Positions 10,835-21,932 of a DNA stretch of 64,000 nt are shown here, piece by piece (position 1 is the stretch's first letter; each line of letters begins with the position of its first letter). This stretch comes from Mayamaea pseudoterrestris (lineage: Eukaryota): the NCBI GenBank assembly GCA_027923505.1, contig BROI01000025.1:248001-312000 (forward strand), given 5' to 3'. The notes under the pieces were generated by a model that was not told the origin of the DNA, searched no databases, and was given only the letters and a program-made list of their open reading frames with translations. The translations under genes were made by a program, and so were the position numbers.

Positions 10835-12700
10835 ATGTCTACAATTTCCCGAAACAGCAGCAGCCGTCGATGGCTTCTGTCCATTCTTGTCACTGCCGCA
10901 TGCTACTCTCAATTTGCATTCGCACAAAGTTCTTCGTCATGCAACGTTTGCGGAGACGGCTTAGTGGTTGGTAGTCCCGACAATACTCTGGATGATCCAT
11001 TTGGAGACTCGCAAGTGTCCTGCCGCGACATTGATGCCAAGGGCCAAGCGGGCGACTACAGCAGCCTTGAATGCGCCGCCATTCAGTTTTCCGTCTATGC
11101 TTATTGCGACTGCGAAAGTGCGAGTAACAGCAATAATGATGATGGAAATAATGGTGACGATGATGCAGCGTCAAAGACAGACGAACCGACGAAGAGTCCA
11201 GTCGAGGCATCGACAGATGCTCCAACCTCGCAAACAACGACAGCGTCTACTGATGCTCCGACAGCAGGTGCACCGACGGATTCTCCTACTGTAAATGATG
11301 CGACGACGACTGATGCACCGATTATAGCAGCAACCGAAACGCCAACAAGTCTTCCCACAACCGAGCAACCGACTCCGTCGCCCACGGCAATGGCAACGAC
11401 GCTGACACCAACACTTGTACAAACAACCATTGCGCCAGATGCATCATCGCCAGCATCCGGCACAACCAATACACCCACGATGGAACTGACCATTCCGCTT
11501 GACGAATTGCCGTCTGTTTCAGGCATGGTGGTCGTAGATTTGATGAATGTTGCCGGCGCCATGCCAGTGACAACCATTGCCGCCTACGAACAGCAAGTCA
11601 CGCAATTCTTTAGCGACTACTTGGCCGAGGAGAGTCCGCCAATCTTGAACGTTTCTGCAATACTGCTTCGACAAGTGTTTGATTTGCAGAATTCGGAGAA
11701 TAATGGACGGCGACGCAGCTCGTTGCGACGAAACTTGCAATACAATAACCTTGCGCCACTGCAAACCATTCTGCAAGTGACTGGCCGACGAGACACGCTA
11801 AACGGCCAAAATGCCACCATGGATAGTTTGCTGGTACGAACGGCGCAGGAAAATGCAGAAATATTTGTCCAAGACTACTTGCGCAACGCCACACCGGCGA
11901 TTAACCAAATTTACTTCAAACCAATAACAAGTGTGGAAGCAAGTCAAGTGCCAGAAGATAATACATCGCCAACAACGGCTCCCATTGTCAATGAATCAAC
12001 TAGTGACAGTGGACTCGCGACGGGAGCGATTGTCGGTATCATTGTGGGAGGCGTCTGCATACTAGCCATCTTTTTTGGCGTCATTTGGTACAACCAGGTT
12101 GGCAAGCACCAAATAATGTCTGAAATTACCAGTCAATCTGAGAATCAGCGACGATTATCGGAAAAGTCGACAACGGTCAACAATGCGGACGAAAATGGGG
12201 ACGCTCCAATGCGAGCCAATGGCAGCGCAGCTGTGGAAAAACCATTGACGTCAAGCAAGGTGGCTCCTGCGGCAGCATCAACAACGACAGCAGCCTCCTC
12301 ATCCAAACTAAAGAACGAGCACATACCAGCTCCACCAACTGAGGAGGACCAAGACGAGTCTTCCGAAGATATGAGTGAGGAGAATATAGAGTCGGACGTT
12401 GATGCAGCAACAGACGATGGAGTGGAACCAATATTGGCACCTGTCTCTACGAGCAAAGTAACGCGGCAAATCACCGCTCCAGCCGGGAAACTGGGGATTG
12501 TCATTGACACAACATTGGAAGGACCGGTCATTCATAAGGTCAACCTGCTTAGTCCACTGGAAGGCTTGCTTAAGGCCGGTGACATTATAGTTGCCATTAA
12601 CGATGTCGACACACGCGCCATGGGATCGTCGGCGATTACGGCGTTAATGATCAAGACCGCCAACCAAAAGCGGACCCTGACGATTCTGACAAACGAATAG
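10835..12700 (+). CDS. Type I membrane protein: signal peptide, Cys-rich N-domain, Thr/Pro mucin stalk, SEA-like domain, TM, C-terminal PDZ
   Basis: WLLSILVTAACYSQFAFA signal; CNVC..C..C..YCDC; TDAPT repeats; RRNLQ; GAIVGIIVGGVCILAIFFGVIW TM; APAGKLGIVID...SPLEG..GDIIVAIND PDZ. Confidence 0.8.
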   Translation: MSTISRNSSSRRWLLSILVTAACYSQFAFAQSSSSCNVCGDGLVVGSPDNTLDDPFGDSQVSCRDIDAKGQAGDYSSLECAAIQFSVYAYCDCESASNSNNDDGNNGDDDAASKTDEPTKSPVEASTDAPTSQTTTASTDAPTAGAPTDSPTVNDATTTDAPIIAATETPTSLPTTEQPTPSPTAMATTLTPTLVQTTIAPDASSPASGTTNTPTMELTIPLDELPSVSGMVVVDLMNVAGAMPVTTIAAYEQQVTQFFSDYLAEESPPILNVSAILLRQVFDLQNSENNGRRRSSLRRNLQYNNLAPLQTILQVTGRRDTLNGQNATMDSLLVRTAQENAEIFVQDYLRNATPAINQIYFKPITSVEASQVPEDNTSPTTAPIVNESTSDSGLATGAIVGIIVGGVCILAIFFGVIWYNQVGKHQIMSEITSQSENQRRLSEKSTTVNNADENGDAPMRANGSAAVEKPLTSSKVAPAAASTTTAASSSKLKNEHIPAPPTEEDQDESSEDMSEENIESDVDAATDDGVEPILAPVSTSKVTRQITAPAGKLGIVIDTTLEGPVIHKVNLLSPLEGLLKAGDIIVAINDVDTRAMGSSAITALMIKTANQKRTLTILTNE

Positions 12701-13099
12701 TATGTCTGTTTACTGGCATAGCTATGGACGTACTGCTGATTGCCCATTGGTTAAAGCAAGAAATACCAACATATCCACATAGTTTTGTACCAGTTATCTC
12801 GCATATCGCATTATTGCCCTTTGTGTCGACAAATTTCGCGTGCGTCGTCTGGCGCGTATCTTCTCCAGAGCCCATCCACACTAACTTATGCATGTTTTGT
12901 AAACAATAATCTCGCAATCGACCATTCGTCCAATTTATCAGCGACTACGTTCCGTCCGTCTCTTTGTGCTCGACCACGAAGTATCTTTTCTAAATTGCAA
13001 CAAAGCCTTATCTATGCCATACCTACTAAAAGTTAACTTACAGCAAGGTCAATGTTTAACTGGTTCACAACATATAAACACCTATCAATATATTTGACA

Positions 13100-15727
13100 T
13101 TAAATGCTGTTGCCGTCAGTCAGAATTCGCTCCTCTTGCAAAATTTGCCTTGGAGGCTTTTTATACTTCTCTTGGTTGCCGCTTTTGGGCGTGGTGGACA
13201 CCGACCACTCCTTTTCTGTGCTAACTAAGTCGTCCAACAGTAGGCCTGTATGAGCGGCATGCTTGTTGTTAGTGTCAATCGCCAATGGCACCACCGGCCG
13301 CATTGCAGATGTTTGCGTTTGCTGTATTTGCACCGCTGGCTGGAAAGGATGCATTGAATCCTCGTCGTTTGTGATAAAACTTGCCAAGGAGTCAAGTGGC
13401 CCGTCGATGCATTGTACACGAGATGCCTCCGATGGCCGAGTCGACAAACTATCCTTGCTGGCACTTGCTCCCCAGAAATTGAACATATTTCGTGATTCCG
13501 CTGTTGGAGAATCATTAATGCTTGGGTCAACAGTCAGAGTTCGGGGAGGCTGCTGAATACGGCCATCGTCCACCGCTACGGACTCTACAAAGTTCAATCC
13601 ATTCAAACCATTTGACTCATCATCCGTTGATACTGCTTTCCCCTCTCTCTCCCAGGAGCTCTCTTCCGAGGTTCTTTCAGAAATTGTTTCGAATTTTCCA
13701 TCACTTGGCTGATCTTGCTTGTTGACATCCCCGGCTATGGACAATGACGGGTTCCAGTGCGTCTCAATTGAACGCTTAATATCTTGCAAAGACTGTGGAG
13801 CTTCTAAAGTAGCTTCTGTACTCGCGCCAGATGCCATGGACCTGGGACTTACCGCAGATCGAGACTTTGGACTTGCTGCTGAACCACGCGATTTTGGACT
13901 CAGGGCTGACGCCATGGACATGAGACTCGCTACTGAACCTGTCGATCGAGGACTCACAACTGGGGACTTGCCATTTCGACTGCTCTTTACAGGCGATGCC
14001 AGAGTCGAAACTGGAAACTCGTCGTCTCCCATTGGTAGGTTGACGGGCGTGACAAGCGGATAGGGGTCAGGACTCAGCGACAGAGGCATGTTGCTACCAG
14101 ATATACTAGAGAAGCTCGTCTGAATCATAATGCCTCCCCGTCCAGATTCAGCCACGCGACCAAATGGGTATATATCATCCTGCGTTTCAGAAAAGGCAAT
14201 GCTGCAATCACCGGCAATCTGTCTTTCTGGCGGAGGGCGATAGGCATCACGCTGACCCAGATAGAACGCTGCAAGTAAAGCAACAACAACTCCTCCCGCA
14301 ACTGCAGAAATGATTATGATAACCGGCATTCCGTTCTTGCCACTGGAGGACGTTGGTGTCTTTTCAATGGCAGCCACTGGTGGTGGCACGGAATCGTCGT
14401 CTCTGTCGGATTTGTCGATACTGCTTTCCGTTTCAAAGTATGTTGTTTGATTACTCAGTAACTGCTGCAAAAGGTTAGGATACTCCTGCAATGCTGTACC
14501 GACAAGCTCATCAAAGTTTTCGGCTGGTGGATTGACATTGCTCGAGATTCGCAGCAATATTTTAATATCGTCAGTGGTTACATAAAGCTTTGCCGTTTGT
14601 TTTTTGCTTGTCGTTGTGTCCTGCAGCTTGCGTTCCGCGTTGCTGTTCAAAGACGTTTGGCTTACGACTTTGCATTTCGTGTTTGTGTAGCTGGCTGGGT
14701 AAACTAGCGGTAGTACTTGCGGCAGGTATTGCCGGGCAATGACGTCTTCAAAGATTGCCACAGTCTCGTTGTCCATAATGCCGTTCGAAGAAGACACAAA
14801 GTTGACGACTCCACTCGGCGAGTCACTAATATCTTGCATCGGTCCAGCTGTTGGCTCGCCACTTGTCTCAGGATAGCCTTGTTGACTAAACAGCACGGTA
14901 GGCTCTGACGTTACACTTTTTTGTATCATGCTCGGTTGATCCGACGGGAAATCACTCGGCATATCACTCGGGATATCCGATGATAAGGTGAAGGTTGGTG
15001 AGTCACTTGGCGTGTCCGATGATAAGCTGAAGGTTGGCGAGTCACTTGGCGTGTCCGATATACCCTGTTGCTCGAATCCTAGGGAAGGCACATCGGACGG
15101 AGCCCTGGTCAAATCACCTATTGGAACCTGTTCGGACGCATCCGACGTCGCCAGCGATGGAGATTGGCTTGGATTATCCGAGATGGCTTTGGAAGAAAGA
15201 CGGTAAGGAAAAAATTAGACAAGCCTTGACGAACGGATATCACAATCGTCTATTCAATTACTATGTTACATACCTGTTGGGAAGAGACTCGGCGCATCGC
15301 TGGGGGAGTCGCTTTCATCCGCCGTTACAGGCATGGTAGGCGACAAGCTCGGCGTATCACTCAAACCATCGCTGCCTCTGAGAGACGTTGGCCAACTTTC
15401 ACCAAACGATGGGACATTCGAAGGAAGCTCGCTCATAAAGTTACTCGGAGAATCCGACGCTGCCAACGCTGGAGCAACAGAGGGTACGTCCGAAGAAGCC
15501 ACACTAGATAGTATGCTCGGGACGTCCGACACAAACAAGCTTGGTTGGTCACTTGGCATATCAGAAGACGATGCAGTTGGAGATGTCGTTGAAATTGCAG
15601 ACCCGTCAATCAGTTCCTTGAAGATATAAGTCGGTGACGCTGTTGGCCTATTTTTCCTCCTGGCTGTCACCGAAACCGTATTCGCGGCGAGAGTGAAAAC
15701 AAGCAGAGCATGTTTCATGCTGAACAT
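13100..15727 (-). CDS. Type I membrane protein with S-D-x-P-S repeat stalk and Ser-rich cytoplasmic tail; intron 15187-15273
   Basis: MKHALLVFTLAANTVSVTA signal; GTATGT..CTAAT..CAAAG intron joins ORFs 15266-15754 and 13100-15112 in frame; ERKLQ; TM VIIIISAVAGGVVVALLAAFYL. Confidence 0.75.
14976..15059. repeat. 39-bp coding tandem repeat (about 2.1 copies; SDTPSDSPTFxLS)
   Basis: tccgatgataag-n-tgaaggttgg(t/c)gagtcacttggcgtg at 14976 and 15015, partial third copy at 15054. Confidence 0.85.
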
Positions 15728-16291
15728 CTTATTGTTAGGAATGTCGGCGTCCAAGTTTCGTCGTGGACAGTTTCAGCAGAGGTACGTAATTTGGCGGAAT
15801 GTGCACTATTTCTCAGTTTTGCTTGTAAGGATGATGCTTGTCTCGCTCGACAAGCTTGTATTACTACTGCAGACGCTCTTTATGAGTAATCGACTGTCGA
15901 ATTTGTTTGCAAAGAGGCAACACTTTGCAGTCCGAGAGGCGGAGCCAAAGAATCGAATTGCTGCAGAAGATGTGTTTGGTGGCGACGCTCCATGGCTGTC
16001 GCTCTTTGGCGAGCGGCGCGGCGGGCGCCTGGAGTACCGGACAGACGATATCTCTCAATGCCCTTTTGACGTACATACGTATCATAGGTGTATGTTTGCT
16101 TTCAGCTCGTTGCCAGCCATCAGCCGGTACTACCGGTAGTATGCATGCCTAGTAGTGCACAGTAGCTATCATTTGACCATGATGATGTGTCCTATACAGG
16201 TTCAAAATCCGAGCCGACCTTTGGGGCAGTGACCGCATGTTTCTGGCAGGTTCTTTTATTTACATATAGCCTTTTCTTACACTTCACATAA

Positions 16292-17248
16292 CTATAGCAA
16301 CACCAATCCGAATGCAGCAATAGCAGTCGCAACCATCATTGACATGCTGACTCGCGTCATGCACCCCGACGAGAGCGAGTTCGCCGCGGCAGCCGGTGCC
16401 TCCGACCGATCGTCGACACTCGTCGGACGCGCCGTCACGGTGGGACTCGCCGTCGTTGGCACCACTGGAGCCAAGGTGGGCGGAAAGGTTGCCGCCTGGT
16501 TGCGCGTCGGCTGCAAGGTGGGTCCAGTCGCCATGACTGGTATAGTTGATGGTGAAAGGCTCATGGACGGCGCAAACGTAGGAAATTGAAAGTCTGTCGG
16601 TGACGCCGTCTCATCAGGATCAAACGAGTTTAATTGGTAGCTGCTCCAGTAGTATTCACTGACAAAGGTGCCATTGTCCATGATGCGGTTGCTGACAACC
16701 AAGGTAATCTCCAGTGTGAGTCCCTCCACCACTTGGTTGGTTTTAAGGACTGCTTCCGTAATCGTCTTGTCGGTATTGTTCAAATGCGTCACTCCCGCGA
16801 TTCCTTCATCGAAGCACACTTGACTAATTTGTTCCAGCACTGGTAGATCCGGCGAAACCGTTAACGCGCCGCGCGGATCGAAATTTGCATCTCCATCAGA
16901 CGTTAGTCGAAAGAGCAAACCTCGAAAGGTCTTGTCAGAAGTAATGACCATGGTATGCTCCTCATCAATAGTAAAATTTGTAACTTGCCCAACCACCAAC
17001 TTATCAACTGCTCCAAAGTAAATGACTGCACCGAAATCATTAAGCGATCCAGTAACAATGGAAGTGCTGTTAAGGTGAGGACCTCCGACGGATCCTCCTC
17101 CAGCACAGCCACCGGCTCCAGTTGGATACGCCGATGATTTCTGGGGAATGAGGAGGAAAAGGACGATTGCTGCTTGTGAAAGCCTTTGGAGCATCATGCT
17201 TAGTATTGTAGTCTGCGGTGATTGTGGTTGTCGAGTCGGTAACGCCAT
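16292..17248 (-). CDS. Secreted/GPI-anchored Reeler-like domain protein with Pro/Thr stalk
   Basis: Hydrophobic signal, then YPTGAGGC...H, FRGLLFR, GVTHLNNTDK (Reeler-like motifs); hydrophobic C-terminus after SSG. Confidence 0.6.
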   Translation of the reverse strand: MALPTRQPQSPQTTILSMMLQRLSQAAIVLFLLIPQKSSAYPTGAGGCAGGGSVGGPHLNSTSIVTGSLNDFGAVIYFGAVDKLVVGQVTNFTIDEEHTMVITSDKTFRGLLFRLTSDGDANFDPRGALTVSPDLPVLEQISQVCFDEGIAGVTHLNNTDKTITEAVLKTNQVVEGLTLEITLVVSNRIMDNGTFVSEYYWSSYQLNSFDPDETASPTDFQFPTFAPSMSLSPSTIPVMATGPTLQPTRNQAATFPPTLAPVVPTTASPTVTARPTSVDDRSEAPAAAANSLSSGCMTRVSMSMMVATAIAAFGLVLL

Positions 17249-17361
17249 GGTCACTTTCGTCGAAAGATGCGCGAACCTTGGCACGACCGGGCGATGAATA
17301 ATGACCCAGGAGTCGGAGCGGTATTGAAGTTAGTCATTAGCGACGTTTTTAGACGTGTATG

Positions 17362-17369
17362 TGACGTCA
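17362..17369. promoter_or_regulatory. TGACGTCA (CRE / aureo-box-type bZIP site)
   Basis: Lies in a divergent promoter, 119 nt upstream of ATG 17481; the same motif sits at the equivalent position before the paralog. Confidence 0.5.
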
Positions 17370-17480
17370 TCTTCTGACGCCTTCGGCGATGCTCGCTCGT
17401 GGCCTCGTCACCATGGACGGCGGTGACGGTGCGTGACAATCGACCGCACCGCTTCTTGTGCATTGCATCATTTTTCAATC

Positions 17481-18780
17481 ATGCGCGTCGCTCTATCCGC
17501 CGCTGCTCTAGCGCTAATTCCTGTTGTGGAACCCTTTCGACGGCAAAATGGTCGCAGCCGTTGTCATGATGAGCGCTTCGAGCGAGTAACCAGCCTAACA
17601 TCATTTTCGTCGTCGTCCTTTGCAAAGGCGCCTCTTTGGAAGCAGCCCAATCATCGACTTCTGGACGCCAAGCCATGCGACCCTACCATGATTAAATCCG
17701 CAACTGACAGTGACGGTGAGCCAGACGTTGGAATACTTGCAGCAGCTTGTCCTCGCGGCTACGCCTGTCAAGAGCTTCCCGAACAATCCGACTATGGCGC
17801 CTTTGGAGGAGGGATTTGCGTCGCAACGAATGATGTCACAGCATCTTCGCGAAACTTACAAACAATGGAAAGTCTTTGTACATATTATCAAGATACATTG
17901 GGCTACGAGTGTGACTGCAGTAACTGTAAGTTAAAGAAATATTATGTGGCATGCATGAATGAGATGAGAGGAATATCATCTTAGCTAGAACGCTTTAGAC
18001 GCTTCGACAAAAACCAGCAATTTTTTACCCTATTGTTCTCTTTTTCCTTTGTAAACGTTTGTTTTTAATTCAGGGAGTAATAGCACTGGCAATGGTACCT
18101 TTGAATGCGCCATTCTCTCCGGCAACGCCACCTTTTTCGGTTTGCCAGTCGCACTCTCATACAATGTCAATGTGGAAAGCGAACAAGAGGGAGATCCACT
18201 AATAGTTGGCCTCGAGACTTGCTTCGAGGCACTTGACGACTCGCTTCCGCAAGCCGATTTGCTGCAAAGCTACTGCATATCCAACTACGCAACATACGCC
18301 GACTTTCAGGGTCAGCTATTGAATCAGTCTTGTACCGTTACGTTCAATGATCAGGCTTGCACTTCCTGTTCTCTCACCAAGTGCAATGCATCAGATACAA
18401 TCACATCCATTGGCTCCTTTGACTGCTCCAATGTAGCATCAGACGTTGTCGTGCAAGACATGTGCGACGGCAATAACATATTGAAGCAGCTCTTTGCCGC
18501 CGACTACCCCACCACCGAACCAACCGGATATCCAACCTTTGAACCATCCGTCGGCGTTCCAACGATTGACACGTTGCCGCCGGACGATGCGGGAGCGTCG
18601 AGCGGACCAACGCCGCTGCTGGGAAGTAACAATGCGTCCAATGGACGAGGCGATGCTGCTCCGACGGCAGATGATGCAGCAGCTTCTGAAAGTCGTGCAT
18701 GGTCAATGTCAGTATATTGGAGTGCTGCATCGACGGCTCTGGTGACTGGTTTGCTTGGGCTTGGCGCCGTGTTAAATTAG
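17481..18780 (+). CDS. Cys-rich secreted/GPI-anchored surface protein, paralog A; intron 17926-18073
   Basis: MRVALSAAALAL signal; PDVGILA..CP.GY.CQ; RNLQ; GYECDCSN|W; CTVTFNDQACTSC; SFDCSN; hydrophobic C-tail. GTAAGT..TTCAG intron restores the frame. Confidence 0.8.
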
Positions 18781-18962
18781 AGCGAGATTGTACGCGCAAC
18801 ACTTTACCTTAAATCTCCACTTCGCATAATATGTATTTGTAAAACCTTTAAACTAACATTTGCCAAAAAAATAGAAGTCTACATTGCATTAACACTTGCT
18901 GTAACATCCGTGGCCTGTGAATGGAACAAAAGGATCTTGCGGCTACCGTAGGATAGCATGGA

Positions 18963-18970
18963 TGACGTCA
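18963..18970. promoter_or_regulatory. TGACGTCA (CRE / aureo-box-type bZIP site)
   Basis: 123 nt upstream of ATG 19086; position conserved with 17362. Confidence 0.5.
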
Positions 18971-19085
18971 TTGACCACAAGATCTTTGGCGACGACGAGC
19001 TATCATGATAGCTTTTTTGGCTCTCGTCAAAGTTGATCACACATCTCATCATTGGTCAAAGAGCATCGCAACATACACATCCATC

Positions 19086-20411
19086 ATGCGAGTAGCTCTT
19101 TCAGCTGCTGCCTTGGCGCTCACTCCAGTCGCTGGAACCATTCGCCTCCAGGAGCGTTTGAATCGCAAGAGTGGAGGATCGTTGTTTGCACGTAATGCCG
19201 ATGCTGCTGCAGCAACGACTCAGTCCTCCATCCGAAGTGATCCTAGCAAGCCACTATGGAAGCAGGCAGACCGAGGGATTGCTGCTGCTGGTGCTGGATT
19301 CAAGTCTTGTAACCCCAGCAAGGCGGTTACTGTTACGAGCGAGGATGAACCGGATGTTGGCATTTTAGCTCCAGATGCAGCAGCAGCATGCCCTCCAGGC
19401 TACACTTGCCAGCCGATCCAAGAGCAAGTCGAGCTTGGAGTCGCGGCTGGCACGTGCGTTCTGGCATACGAAGACACCAGCTTGCTGCGAAATCTACAGG
19501 GTGATACAGGCGACGACGGTCTATGTGGTTTCTATGACTACCTTGGTTTCACTTGCGACTGCAGCAACTGTAAGTAGTTGCAGCAGCATAATATGCGTGT
19601 CGAGAAGAAGATTAAAATTGTTTTTTCCCCAGGTTTTGCAAAGTGAAACAACTATAAAACTAAAATCTCGTTTCTCCTTTTAACGGCAGGGAGTGGAAAT
19701 GGCGTAGGTAACTTTAGTTGTTCGATTGCCTACGGCAACGCAACCTACTTTGGCCTACCAGTCGCTATTGATTGGAACCTCAACGTCACCAACCCGCAAG
19801 ATGCTGACCTTCTCCAAATCGAGTTTCAGACTTGCTACACCGTCTTGGATGAATCGCTGGCGCAAGCTGATGTCGTGCAAAACTACTGCACGACAAGGTT
19901 TCAAAATTTCGATGTATCAACTAATTCTGACACCAACAGTACCCTCGAGCTGAGTAGTGAGTCTTGCAATGTCACATTCAACGATCAGGCTTGCAGCAGT
20001 TGCACAATTTCCAATTGCACGTTACAAAATGCAACACTTGCGAGCGTTGATTCATTCGACTGCTCCAACATTGAATCAAGTGTTGTGGTTGACGGCATTT
20101 GCGAAGGCAACTCGGTCTGGAAAACTCTTCTTGCGGCCGACTATCCCACTGCAGAGCCTACAATCAGTGCAACCTTTGAACCTTCCGTTGGTAGCCCCAC
20201 TCCGGCGCCGGCGAGCAATGGTGGCTCCTCGCCCATTCCAACGGCCAGTGGCGGAGGTAGTTCAAAAGAGCCAACATTGACATCCGGCGGAACAGGTAAC
20301 CCACCTTCATCAGACAATGCAAGTGAAGGATGGACCACGTCATTTGTCTGGATTAATATGGCTACCGTTATAGCGACTGGCATGCTCGGTCTTGGTGCAG
20401 CGCTTATCTAA
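19086..20411 (+). CDS. Cys-rich secreted/GPI-anchored surface protein, paralog B; intron 19570-19689
   Basis: Same N-terminus MRVALSAAALAL, same Cys pattern and same intron position and phase (CDCSN|W) as paralog A. Confidence 0.8.
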
Positions 20412-20589
20412 TCTAAATACGAATCACGCTCGTCAGCATATGTATGGTAGTACGGTAGTCAATACATGTTTTGTTCGTTTCTAAAATGTATGTTATCTCT
20501 TTACTTTTGTCGACATTGCCACTTAAAGGTACACCTTTCGACCAACCAGCGCTGGGCAAGGCTATGCCGAATCTCCATCGTCTTGCTTG

Positions 20590-21249
20590 TTAATCCTGCG
20601 GCATCAAATTCGGGCTTGGAGCAGCAGCCTTTGCCATGAATTTGTCCCAGCTACCGTCGCTCCCACTACTGGCGCTTCGCGTCCGAGCCTGTCGCATGCT
20701 GCGGCGTCCCTTGGAGAGTTGCTTCTCACGTCGCCGACGAATGACCGTGCCTTCCTGACGTGTTGGCGGTAGTACAATGCTTAGCGTCGCATCATCCTTG
20801 AAGGAGTCTTGATCCTCATCGCATTCCTTCTCTTCCTCTTCCTGGTGGAACGAGTCATCCAACGAGTCATCATCGTCCTCGTCCTCTCGTGGAGGAAGCG
20901 TCACATCATCCGGCGATGGAGTACGGGAGGGTGCAATCCGAAACGATCGCATGCTGGCAGTCCTCATGCTGGCGAAGGACGATCGCGGAAGCTTTGTCAG
21001 TGCGTGAGAAATGGATGCCATGGGTCGGAGTGCCTCCTCCATAGATTTGGTGCGGCTAATCTTGGTGAAGAAGGAGCGGGAATGAGTACTCTTCGTGTTG
21101 AGTTCATCGTCGAGATCCTTGTCGTCGGGCGTCCAGCTGCGACTGCTGGAAACGGTGACCCATCCCTTGCCATGTTCCTCTTGATCCTTGCTGAAGCGAA
21201 AGAGGCTCGCGAGGGAGTGGTTGCTCTTGCTCAAGTCGTCAATGTGCAT
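20590..21249 (-). CDS. Hypothetical protein, tandem paralog 1 (RRRRxKQLSKGRR / SDGSWDKF family)
   Basis: Shares blocks LRPMA..HALT, QEG.IRRRR.KQLSKGRR and SDGSWDKF with 21933-22580. Confidence 0.7.
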   Translation of the reverse strand: MHIDDLSKSNHSLASLFRFSKDQEEHGKGWVTVSSSRSWTPDDKDLDDELNTKSTHSRSFFTKISRTKSMEEALRPMASISHALTKLPRSSFASMRTASMRSFRIAPSRTPSPDDVTLPPREDEDDDDSLDDSFHQEEEEKECDEDQDSFKDDATLSIVLPPTRQEGTVIRRRREKQLSKGRRSMRQARTRSASSGSDGSWDKFMAKAAAPSPNLMPQD

Positions 21250-21932
21250 TGTGCTTTTCTCAAAAGGCGGATTTGTGATGGTCGCAAATCGCGCGATCAC
21301 TACGCTGGTTCATTGATCGGCGAAACTTCGGAGTTGACGAACAATCTTCAAGTCCATATCAGCAATTCTCACTATTGACCTCGCCAACTGTGACTCAACA
21401 CGACCAGGCAATAGTAGAAAATGTTCATATGACGAACGATACTGTCGGGCAGAACCGGAAGCAAGCCAAACTTCCGGCGCGTCACCTTTTCGAAGAATGC
21501 GCTTCTCAAATGACCTTGGCACTTCAACCTCCAAAGCGTGCACACATTCAAGCTCGTGATGCACGATCCACGCCGTCGACGCCAGCTTGGGACGCAGCGA
21601 ACGTCTGCCGAAGTTCCATAATGAAGGATTTCCCCGAGCTATGACCTCTTGCAGGAGTAATCGGAGTAATTCGCCCGAGGAGTCTTTATCTCATTAGCTA
21701 TCGCAGCGCTGCCTCCGTTGGATGGCTGCTGCAGAGTCGTACTCAGTACAAACTTGCAGCTGTAATGAGGTCAAGTAAAATTAATCAGTCTCTTGGGCTT
21801 TGCAATAACTGGGCAGCTCTCAACAGGTATTGATATTGAGACCCAAATGGAGCGCAAGAACCATATCGTCCATTGCCAGCTTTTGCACTACTGTAATTGC
21901 GAAGATTGTGCATTAAATAAACTATTTATAAC

